Shown here piece by piece: positions 28,159 through 36,934 of a DNA stretch of 64,000 nucleotides (the first letter of the stretch is position 1; the number at the start of each line of letters is the position of its first letter). Source of the DNA: an uncultured Verrucomicrobiae bacterium (GTDB lineage: Bacteria > Chlamydiota > Chlamydiia > Chlamydiales > Rhabdochlamydiaceae). The DNA is taken from positions 288,001 through 352,000 of the forward strand of contig CAWFUG010000011.1 of NCBI GenBank assembly GCA_963818965.1, written 5' to 3'. Under the pieces are notes generated by a model, which did not search any database, was not told the origin of the DNA, and saw nothing but the letters and a program-made list of their open reading frames with translations. The position numbers and the translations under genes were made by a program.

Positions 28159-29925
28159 CTAGGTATCTGTCGAGCGCTGTGCATCCAGGAGAGTCTGGTA
28201 GATCTCTTCCGTGGAATCGAGGCTGAGGACCCTTTCGGCGAGCGAATAGGCCCTGAGGAGGGTGGTTTTACGAACGGTTCGCTTGACCAAGGGAATATAA
28301 CGAGGGGAACAGGAGAACTGGTGGATCCCTAATCCGAGCAGGAGAGGGATAAATAGGGGGTTAGAAGCCATCTCGCCACAGAGAGTGAGGCTTTTTTGGT
28401 ACCGATTTGCGTCGGAGCAGATCAGGTGGATCATCCGGGCGATGCTGGGGTGGGATAGGTACCAAGAATCACTCATTCCAGGATCGCTCCGATCGACCCC
28501 TAGGGTATACTGGACTAGATCATTGGTGCCGATCGAGAGAAAATCGCTGCCACGCGCGATCGCATCGCAGAGAAGAACAGCGGAGGGCACTTCGATCATG
28601 CTCCCCAGCGGCACGTTCTGCGCAGCGGGGATCCCCTTTTCAAGAAGAAATCGACCTTCCTCCGCAATGAGCGCTTTCGCCTCATCCAGCTCTTTCATAT
28701 CGCCCACGAGGGGGAGTAGAATCCGGACATCGCGGTTGAGCGCAGCGCGTAAAATCGCACGCACTTGAGTCCTGAAGATCTCAGGATGGCGCAGCAAAAA
28801 GCGGATCCCACGACACCCCAGCATCGAATTGGACTCTTTCTTCCCTTGAGAACTCTGCGAAAAAGGCTCCAGGACTTTATCACCTCCGATATCGAAGACG
28901 CGGATCACGACGGGAACGTCTCCCGCCTTCTCGATCATTTGAGAATAGGCGTAATACTGTTCCTGTTCAGAAGCGAATAGGTGCTGTCTTTCGAAAAAGA
29001 GGTATTCTGTGCGGAATAATCCGATCCCCTCGGCTCCGAGCGTCTGAAAATTTTCTAGATCTTGGAAGTCTCCGACATTGGCAAAGATCTTGACCTGCCA
29101 GCCATCGATTGTCTCTGCATCGTATTTGAGCTCTTTCTGTAAGATATGTTGGGAGGTCTTAAGAGAGGTTCTGCGGTGTGTGTAAATCTTTAGCGTCTCA
29201 GGACTAGGATTGAAAATCACCTCTCCCGTTTGTCCATCGACGATGATCGATTGAGCTCCGATCATCTGTGCTTCAGAGATATCGATGCAGGAGACATAGG
29301 GGATTCCCTTGGCCCTAGCGATGAGCGCAGCGTGGGAATTCCCGCCTCCCGATTGCGTCACAAAAGCAGACACCCGGGCAGTATTAGCCACAGCTGTGTA
29401 GGAAGGGATGAGTTCTTTGACAAAAACGATCGAATTGAAAGGCACGAGAGGAAATTGGGGCTTTTTCTGAGGATAGAGATGCCCAAGAACTCTCTTTGCC
29501 AAGTCCATCACATCGACCGATTTCTCCTGAAAGGCGGGATCTGTGTTTTTAGAAAATCGGCTCTCGTAGTCGGAAATGACATGATGGAAGACAGACTCTG
29601 TATTGTGCAGCATCTGTCGGATCTTTTCTTCCATATGGGTCGTGATCAAGGGATCTTCGAGCATCTGGATATGAGTATCGATGATCGTCGCAGCATCTTT
29701 AGATCCTTCATCGAGCAGATTCGAATGGATCTGTCTCAAATCCTCTCTGCTAAAACAAAGAGCCGTTCGATACCGATCAATTTCATTATCGACCTCTTTT
29801 AAGGTAATAGGAAATGAGGGAATTTCTTCTTCGAAACAAGGGAGAAAATAAGGCATCCCAATTGCGATCCCTTCGCTGACCGGAATCCCCTGAAATCTCC
29901 TTTCCTCATACTCTGTCATTGACAT
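28159..29925 (-). CDS. ptsI: PTS enzyme I
   Basis: GGGNSHAALIARA, GIGLFRTE, FDIGGDK, MIEVPS, SIGTNDL, CGEMA. Confidence 0.95.
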   Translation of the reverse strand: MSMTEYEERRFQGIPVSEGIAIGMPYFLPCFEEEIPSFPITLKEVDNEIDRYRTALCFSREDLRQIHSNLLDEGSKDAATIIDTHIQMLEDPLITTHMEEKIRQMLHNTESVFHHVISDYESRFSKNTDPAFQEKSVDVMDLAKRVLGHLYPQKKPQFPLVPFNSIVFVKELIPSYTAVANTARVSAFVTQSGGGNSHAALIARAKGIPYVSCIDISEAQMIGAQSIIVDGQTGEVIFNPSPETLKIYTHRRTSLKTSQHILQKELKYDAETIDGWQVKIFANVGDFQDLENFQTLGAEGIGLFRTEYLFFERQHLFASEQEQYYAYSQMIEKAGDVPVVIRVFDIGGDKVLEPFSQSSQGKKESNSMLGCRGIRFLLRHPEIFRTQVRAILRAALNRDVRILLPLVGDMKELDEAKALIAEEGRFLLEKGIPAAQNVPLGSMIEVPSAVLLCDAIARGSDFLSIGTNDLVQYTLGVDRSDPGMSDSWYLSHPSIARMIHLICSDANRYQKSLTLCGEMASNPLFIPLLLGLGIHQFSCSPRYIPLVKRTVRKTTLLRAYSLAERVLSLDSTEEIYQTLLDAQRSTDT

Positions 29926-30188
29926 TCCCCAAATTCATTTTCAAATGCAAAAAGGATCTTATCCATGATCTCTTGAGCATCCTCCCCTTCGACCGCAACA
30001 GTGATCAGAGAGTTTTTTGTCGCAGCGAGCATCAAAATGTTCATGATGCTACGGGCATTGACCGTCTCTTTGCGAAGCGTAAAAAAAACGGACGAACGGC
30101 TTTCTTGCAATAATTTTGCAATGACAGTTGCTGGCCGAGCGTGAAGCCCAAGCGCATTTTTAACGCGTACTTTGCGCATGAGCTTCAC
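29916..30188 (-). CDS. ptsH: Phosphocarrier protein HPr
   Basis: GLHARPA (His15), NARSIM (Ser46). Confidence 0.93.
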   Translation of the reverse strand: MKLMRKVRVKNALGLHARPATVIAKLLQESRSSVFFTLRKETVNARSIMNILMLAATKNSLITVAVEGEDAQEIMDKILFAFENEFGECQ

Positions 30189-31134
30189 GGATTCTCTTCC
30201 CCTTTTCTTGCTTTTTGGAAATCGTCTCTAAGAGTTTGACGTTGAATTCTTTTGCAGAATTATATCCCATCTCCTTCAATCGGTGATTGAGAACGATGGT
30301 TTCGATGAGAAGGATGACATCCCTTCCCGGCTTTAAAGGCAGGATGTGGTAAGGGATCTTGACCCCCAACAAATCGCAAAAACGCTCATCGAGCCCCACT
30401 CGATCGTAAAAGCAATGGTCATCCCATTCTTCGAGTTTGACGATGAGATCGATTTTTTTATCATCGCGCACACACACCGCACCATAGAGGTGCGCCACAT
30501 TGATGATCCCAATGCCTCGGATCTCCATGAGATGGCGTGTGAGCTCAGGTCCCGACCCTTCGAGACTCGTCCCCTCTCTCAAACGCACGCGAACGACATC
30601 GTCAGAGATCAGCCGATGCCCCCGTTCGATCAAACCCAACGCCGCCTCGCTCTTTCCCACGGAGGAATCCCCCTGAATCAAGACACCGACCCCAAAGGCC
30701 TCTACCAACGTTCCATGACAGGTCATCGTCGGTGAAAATTCCTCCGCCAAAAAAAGGGTCATTCTATTCAAGAGACTAGTCGTCGGCACATCTGTATTGA
30801 AAAGAGAGATCCCCTGTTCTTCGCAAACGACGATGAGCTCCTTCACAGGACGGTAGCGCCCCGCAACGATGACAGCAGGCGTCTGCTTAGAGAGAAGATC
30901 GCGAAGTCGCTTTAAGCGCGTTTCTTTGTTCAGATCCCTCAAGTACGCACTCTCGACGTTGCCGAAGATCAAAAGGCGCTGACTGTCGTAATTCTTCAAA
31001 TACCCTGACAAACTCAAACCCGGGCGATGCGCTTCTGGCACCTTAATCGTCCGTTTCAATCCATCCTTTCCCGCGATCAATTCTAATCCCAAGGGCTCTT
31101 TGACTCGATCGAAAAAGTTTTGAACGACGTACAT
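30160..31134 (-). CDS. hprK: HPr kinase/phosphorylase
   Basis: RPGL.L.G, GDSSVGKSE, GHRLISDD, MEIRGIGIIN. Confidence 0.95.
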   Translation of the reverse strand: MYVVQNFFDRVKEPLGLELIAGKDGLKRTIKVPEAHRPGLSLSGYLKNYDSQRLLIFGNVESAYLRDLNKETRLKRLRDLLSKQTPAVIVAGRYRPVKELIVVCEEQGISLFNTDVPTTSLLNRMTLFLAEEFSPTMTCHGTLVEAFGVGVLIQGDSSVGKSEAALGLIERGHRLISDDVVRVRLREGTSLEGSGPELTRHLMEIRGIGIINVAHLYGAVCVRDDKKIDLIVKLEEWDDHCFYDRVGLDERFCDLLGVKIPYHILPLKPGRDVILLIETIVLNHRLKEMGYNSAKEFNVKLLETISKKQEKGKRIREAHAQSTR

Positions 31135-31231
31135 AACACCCTGGTTTTAGCTGTTTGCCACACAAGAGAGGGGGAGATTATAGACCCTTCAAGAATTAAT
31201 TGTAAGCACAGAATGCGTTTTCGCGGAGCAC

Positions 31232-31372
31232 ACCCAAACGCAGATAAAAACCACAGAGAGGCGAAACCACAGAGAGGAATTTTTCAAATAGCTTTTCTGA
31301 TCAAGAAGTTCTCTTAGGTATAAATTTTCTCTCTGTGGTTTCCCCTCTCTGTGGTTTTATCTGCCTTTAGGT
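31232..31372. repeat. Family A palindromic element variant
   Basis: GCAGATAAAAACCACAGAGAGGCGAAACCACAGAGAG ... CTCTCTGTGGTTTCCCCTCTCTGTGGTTTTATCTGC. Confidence 0.85.
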
Positions 31373-31484
31373 AACAATGTTATGGCGCGCCATCCCGTAT
31401 TGGTGACGGTAGCCGTAACGGTAAAAAAACGCCATTGCATTTTATTTCTGTTTGGCAAAAATCTAAATCATACCCTGGACGGAC

Positions 31485-32741
31485 ATGACACACACAAAAG
31501 TGGTAATTATCGGCGGCGGCTTTGGCGGACTCAATGTCGCAAAATCGCTGCATAAAACAGATCTCGACATCTTGATGATCGACAAGACCAACCACCACCT
31601 CTTTCAACCTTTGCTCTATGAAGTAGCGACAGCTGCCATCTCTCCCGGAGATATAGCTACCCCGTTGAGAGAAATTTTGCGTGAGCAGCAGAATACGACT
31701 GTCATCATGGGAGAAGTCGTCCAGATCGATACGGAGAAAAGACAAGTCATTCTCGTTAACGAGATGAGCATCCCCTACGACTATCTCGTGATCGCCATCG
31801 GAGCGCGCCACTCTTATTTCGGACACGACGAATGGGAAACCTTCGCGCCCGGACTTAAAAACATCCGCGATGCCCTCAACATCCGCGAACAAATTTTACT
31901 CTCTTTCGAAAAAGCAGAACGACTCAATAACAGCGTCGAAGCGGAAAAATACCTAAACTTCGCCATCATCGGAGGAGGCCCCACCGGAGTCGAAATGGCC
32001 GGTGCAATCGCTGAGATCGCCCACAAGACGCTCTTTGAAAATTTCCGCCGCATCAAACCGGAGACATCAAAGATCTACCTCATCGAAGCACTCCCCAATA
32101 TCCTCCCCATGTACCCTTCCAAGCTCGCCGATCGCGCGAAGAGAGATCTGGAAAAGATGGGCGTCAAAGTGCTTACAGGAACAAAAGTGACGAACATCAC
32201 AGGTGAAGGAGTCCAAATCGAGGGCGAATTCATCCCCTGCCAAAACATCATCTGGGCGGCGGGCAACCAAGTCTCCCGCCTACTGCAATCACTCAACGTC
32301 CCACTCGATCGAGCGGGTAGAGCCATCGTCGAGCCTGACCTCACGATCCCCGGCCACCCGGAGGTCTTCGTGATCGGCGATGCGGCGAGCTGCACATCTA
32401 AAGAGGGCAAACCCCTGCCGGGAGTCGCCCCTGTCGCCATCCAAGAAGGGCACTACGTCGCTCACATCCTTAAAAACAACACCCCCAAAGAAAAGAGAAA
32501 GCCGTTTGTCTACTTCGACAAAGGCAGCCTAGCTACGATCGGCAAAGCAAAAGCGATCGCTTGTGTAGGAAAACTGCAAATCGCCGGCTTTTTAGCCTGG
32601 CTCATGTGGGCCTTCGTCCACATCGTCTATCTCATCGGCTTCCGCAACCGACTCACCGTCTTGATCGAATGGGCTGTCGCCCTGTTCAGTGGACGGCGTG
32701 GGGTCCGGATCATCAACAAATCGATCGACACGCCTAAATAA
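31485..32741 (+). CDS. ndh: Type II NADH dehydrogenase
   Basis: GGGFGG, FQPLLYEVAT, GGGPTGVEMAG, IWAAG, FVIGD. Confidence 0.93.
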   Translation: MTHTKVVIIGGGFGGLNVAKSLHKTDLDILMIDKTNHHLFQPLLYEVATAAISPGDIATPLREILREQQNTTVIMGEVVQIDTEKRQVILVNEMSIPYDYLVIAIGARHSYFGHDEWETFAPGLKNIRDALNIREQILLSFEKAERLNNSVEAEKYLNFAIIGGGPTGVEMAGAIAEIAHKTLFENFRRIKPETSKIYLIEALPNILPMYPSKLADRAKRDLEKMGVKVLTGTKVTNITGEGVQIEGEFIPCQNIIWAAGNQVSRLLQSLNVPLDRAGRAIVEPDLTIPGHPEVFVIGDAASCTSKEGKPLPGVAPVAIQEGHYVAHILKNNTPKEKRKPFVYFDKGSLATIGKAKAIACVGKLQIAGFLAWLMWAFVHIVYLIGFRNRLTVLIEWAVALFSGRRGVRIINKSIDTPK

Positions 32742-32881
32742 GAGCAACTTACAACCTTATTTCAAATAAAGAAATAATGATTTTTTTGATTTTATTAATT
32801 AAAAATAAAATTACATCTTATAAATAAAAACTATTTTTGCTATTATACAATACATATTAACACAAATAAAACAGGTTTTAT

Positions 32882-34593
32882 ATGAGTACTCGTTCATTAT
32901 CTTCTAGTCAAAGCCCATGTCAGGGCTCCTCTTATTCCTCTAGCCCTAGATCTGCAGAACCGGGATCTGCAGAACCGGCAAACTCCCCCACTCTTCAACG
33001 ATTATCTCTCTTTCCAGGACCCTATGAGCCTTTTTCTAAAGAGCTCTCTCTTCTGATTGAGCGAGTAGATCATCTTTATACTCAAGGGCAAGCCCTCTCA
33101 GAAGAAGCGTCTGCAACACTGTGCAGAGATCAGATTCAAAATTGTGCCACGGTAGAAGAAGCTGTCAGTGTTCTCGAAAAAAACTGTACAGGCATCGACC
33201 AAACCATTCTCTACAACCTCATCAATCTAGCGCAAAAAAGCGGCACTAATGCTGAGTTAAACTACCTATTAGCATCAGGGAAAAATGCAAATCTCATCTC
33301 AACTCCCACAGAACAAATCGATCGACTCTATTGGCAAGGAAGACGCCTTCCCCCAGAACAATCCCACGGTGTTTGCGAAAAAATCTTAAAATATAATGAC
33401 CTAGGAAAGGCCTTGAGCTTTTTGGAACGAAAAAATATCGCGGTCGATTTCGATATCCAACAAACCCTTTCTGAGATCGCTTACAACAACGGGGCATTAG
33501 ATGAGTCGCACGCGATCATTGACTGGGGCTTTGAACGAAAAATTAACTGCACTGAATCTTATAAATGGCAAGAGGAGGGAATCCCAGAAAAGCATCTCTA
33601 TCTGCTCAATCGCCATCTCGCAGCGCAAGATCTCCTTTCCCTTCCACAGCGGATCGATGAACTCTTTATGCAAGGAGACCGCCCTTCAAAAAAATTATCC
33701 CTTAGAATCAGTGCGCACATCCGAACCTGTGAGAGCTTAGAAGAGGCGATCTCTTTTTTGGAAATAAGCGATATCAAGATAGATAAGCGGATCTTCGATC
33801 ATCTCATGAAATGCGCTGAAAAGACGGACACATGGGAGCTAGTAGATTGCCTGTTTAAAAATGGAAAAAAAAATCGACTATTGAACTCTAACCATTACAC
33901 GGTATTCATTCGCCTTGCCTACAAAGCCGGTCAATTTAAGAGCGCACAAGAGGGGCTGGATTTGTTACAGAAAGATAGGGTTCCTCTAAACCCTTATAGC
34001 CTCATGACCCTCATGCAATTCGCTGGGAAAACTGGCAATTTTGAAGATTTGAGGCAGCTATTTGAACTGGGAAAGAAAAAGCGAATCGTAAACGACCATC
34101 ACTTTGCCACCTTGATTCATTTCATGCCGCTATCTCAAGAGCAACTCGATCTTCAGGACTTTAGTGAAAACACGAATCCTGTCATCAGCCGAATCGTCGT
34201 TAATAATTTAGTGGAAAGCAATAGACTAGCTGAAGGGCTCCAAGTCCTAAGAAAACGCGCTGCGCAGTCCCTCGCCGCCACCAAGAAGCATCCTCTCTTG
34301 AAACCCCAGTCTTTGATCTACACCACATGAACTATGGAACAGCTCTTTTGGCGACACTGGATCTGAGCAAAACTCATTTTTCTTTTACCGTGATTACAGG
34401 GGTAGGAAAACATGCACGAAATCCTTATTTACACCTGAGAACTAAGCTCCTCCAAGGAATCGAGCAGCATGCGCCCCATCTTGAGACCCAAGTCACCCTC
34501 AAAAATCCAGGACGCTTAAAGATTTCGACAAAAAGAAAGATGGCTCCAGAGACTGGTGGGGCTCAGAAGCGAGAGAAAAGAGCGCGTCATTAG
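32882..34593 (+). pseudogene. PPR-like repeat protein with C-terminal Smr domain, split by a 1-nt frameshift near 34252-34255
   Basis: ORFs 32882-34330 and 34327-34593 together align with the intact paralog at 34745-36622; the Smr motifs FDLHHM..VITGVGKH..NPG are in the shifted frame. Confidence 0.8.
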
Positions 34594-34744
34594 AGTCTGA
34601 AAATCGACATTCCTAAACAAGAGCGTCTTATGATCTCGTTCAGGGGTGTCGAATATTTTTTTTAAAAAAAATCGATATTGCAAAATAAGTAAAACCACGT
34701 TAATATATTTGTTATAAATAAACAAATTAACCAAGGTATTTTTT

Positions 34745-36622
34745 ATTACTAATCCAATATCTTCAAATCAAAGTTATTACTCTTCATTCAGTTCTAGATC
34801 GGAAGAGGCAGAGCACACTAACGTTCCAGCAGGATCAGAGAACTCTCCCAGTGGAGAAGATTCTCTTTTAGAATCCCCTAGATTCCCCGTGCTTTATCAT
34901 CCTTTTCCTAGAAAATATTCTCTTCTCTCTGAGCGACTAGACGATCTTTGCGCCATGGGTAGATTGCTCTCAGAAACAGCCTCTGTTGAACTGAGCAAAA
35001 CCCTGAGTGAAAAGTGGCGTACGGTAGAGGAAGCGGTCTCCTTTCTCGAAAGAGCGGAGATCTGTATGGATAAACTCATCCTCCAGAGCCTTATCGAGGT
35101 GGCAAAAAAAAGTAATGACGTCGCTAATGCAAAGCAGCTCTTTGCACTGGGAAAAAACTCAATGCTCCTGCCCACAAATCCTGTAGAGCAACTGGAAGGA
35201 CTTTATTCGCAAGGAAGAGAAGTCTCAGAAGAAGAATCCAGCGCTCTTTGCGAGAGAATCCTACGATGCACTGGACTACCAATGGGCTTGTGCATTTTAA
35301 AGCAAGACAATGTCGCGCCCGATTTTGCTATCCAACAAAGCATTTCTGAGCTCGCCTTCAAAGTCGGACAAATCGAATTAGCCCACGCAATTGTCGGTTG
35401 GGGCCACGAAAAAGGAATCATCGGTAGGCAATTCCAGAAATGGAACTACGAAGGGTTCTCAGAAGAACAGCTCGAAATGCTAGAGCACCATCGCAGCGGA
35501 CGCGATCGCCTTCGTGAGCGGATCGATTCACTCTTTCTAGAAGGAGAGAGCCCCTCCCAAAAATTCTCTATTGCCACCCGTTCGCACATCTCAACCTACA
35601 AAAGCCTAGAAGCCGCAGTCTGCTTTTTAGAAACAAGTGATATTAAGCTAGATATGTATATCCTCAACTCTCTCATGGACGGCGCAGGAAAGACTGAAGG
35701 ATTTGAGCTAGTAGATCACCTTTTTAAGCGGGGAAAAGAACATGGGCTACTGAGCCCCAACAATTACGGGGTATTTCTTCGCTACGCCTGCGAGTCTGGT
35801 CATTTCAGGAGCTTAGAAGAGGCACTGGATTTCTTGGAAAAAGAAGGGGTTGATATAAACTCTTTTGACCTGAGAACTCTCATGGATTTCGCTAAGAAGA
35901 CAGGCGATTTTGGAAATTTCATGGATCTATTTGAACTGGGAAAACAAAAGGGAATACTAAGCTCCCACAATTACACGACATTCCTTGGCTATGCCTGCGA
36001 GTCTGGTCATTTCCAGAACGTGGAAGAGGCCTTGAATTTCTTGAAAAATGAGGAGGTTGATCTATGCTCTTTTGACCTGACAATCCTCATGAAATTCGCT
36101 GGGAAGACAGGCGATTTTAAAGCTTTAACGCATCTATTTGAACTGGGAAAGCAAAAAGGAATCTTAAACAAGTATCATTCTACCAGCTTGCTTCGTTTTG
36201 CTCCGACACTTCAAAACGAACTGGATGTTCAAGCTCTCACTCAAAATATGGATACAGATTCTATCTTCTTCCAAGTCCTCATTAATAACTTAGTGGAACA
36301 AAATAGGATGGAGGAAGCGCGCCAACTTCTAGAACAAACGGACTGCGCATCCACTCGCTTTGCCAGAGAGGACCACTACTTTAGGGGACCGACCTTCGAT
36401 CTACACGAAATGAACTATGGAACCGCTCTTTTGGTGACGCTAGATCTCAGTAAAACATACTCTTCTTTTATCGTGGTTACAGGGATAGGAAACCATTCAA
36501 ACAACCCTTATTTACAGCTGAGAACCAAGCTCATCGCTGGAATCAAACAGCATGCACCCCATCTTAAGATCGAGCTCAACCCAAGAAATCAAGGGGTCGT
36601 AAGGATTTTGAGAACAGAATAG
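34745..36622 (+). CDS. PPR-like repeat protein with C-terminal Smr domain (start uncertain: ATT 34745 or GTG 34889)
   Basis: Alternating 35/34-aa helical repeats that fit the PPR consensus; 207-bp internal duplication (35761/35968); FDLHEM...VVTGIGNHS...NQG Smr motifs. Confidence 0.8.
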   Translation: MTNPISSNQSYYSSFSSRSEEAEHTNVPAGSENSPSGEDSLLESPRFPVLYHPFPRKYSLLSERLDDLCAMGRLLSETASVELSKTLSEKWRTVEEAVSFLERAEICMDKLILQSLIEVAKKSNDVANAKQLFALGKNSMLLPTNPVEQLEGLYSQGREVSEEESSALCERILRCTGLPMGLCILKQDNVAPDFAIQQSISELAFKVGQIELAHAIVGWGHEKGIIGRQFQKWNYEGFSEEQLEMLEHHRSGRDRLRERIDSLFLEGESPSQKFSIATRSHISTYKSLEAAVCFLETSDIKLDMYILNSLMDGAGKTEGFELVDHLFKRGKEHGLLSPNNYGVFLRYACESGHFRSLEEALDFLEKEGVDINSFDLRTLMDFAKKTGDFGNFMDLFELGKQKGILSSHNYTTFLGYACESGHFQNVEEALNFLKNEEVDLCSFDLTILMKFAGKTGDFKALTHLFELGKQKGILNKYHSTSLLRFAPTLQNELDVQALTQNMDTDSIFFQVLINNLVEQNRMEEARQLLEQTDCASTRFAREDHYFRGPTFDLHEMNYGTALLVTLDLSKTYSSFIVVTGIGNHSNNPYLQLRTKLIAGIKQHAPHLKIELNPRNQGVVRILRTE

Positions 36623-36644
36623 AGAACCCAACAGGTTAAAAGCC

Positions 36645-36733
36645 GGCTGTGGTATAACTCGACTTTGTACATTTGTTGACCTATAGCTGCAAGCGATTAT
36701 AAGTCAACAACTTGCAAAAAGCGCAAAGTCGAG
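36645..36733. repeat. Nested palindromic elements
   Basis: GGCTGTGGTATA (identical to the right end of the plsX element) abutting CTCGACTTTG...CAAAGTCGAG, with an inner TTGTTGAC/GTCAACAA stem. Confidence 0.75.
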
Positions 36734-36861
36734 ATTAAGAGAAAAAACGCGTCATTTTCAGCGGTGGGCACGGTGTGCGGCTCATCGACACTCCTAAGAA
36801 TCTATCTTAGTAAAACCTCCCACCTCTTTTCAGTAATAAATTAAAAAAATTATTACACTAA

Positions 36862-36890
36862 TTGACAGAATAGAAATATTTTAGTATAAT
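36862..36890 (+). promoter_or_regulatory. Perfect sigma70/sigma66 consensus promoter
   Basis: TTGACA-17 nt-TATAAT upstream of ORF 36935. Confidence 0.8.
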
Positions 36891-36934
36891 AATTTACATT
36901 AAACTTTAACATTAATTAAAACTAAGGAATTCTT

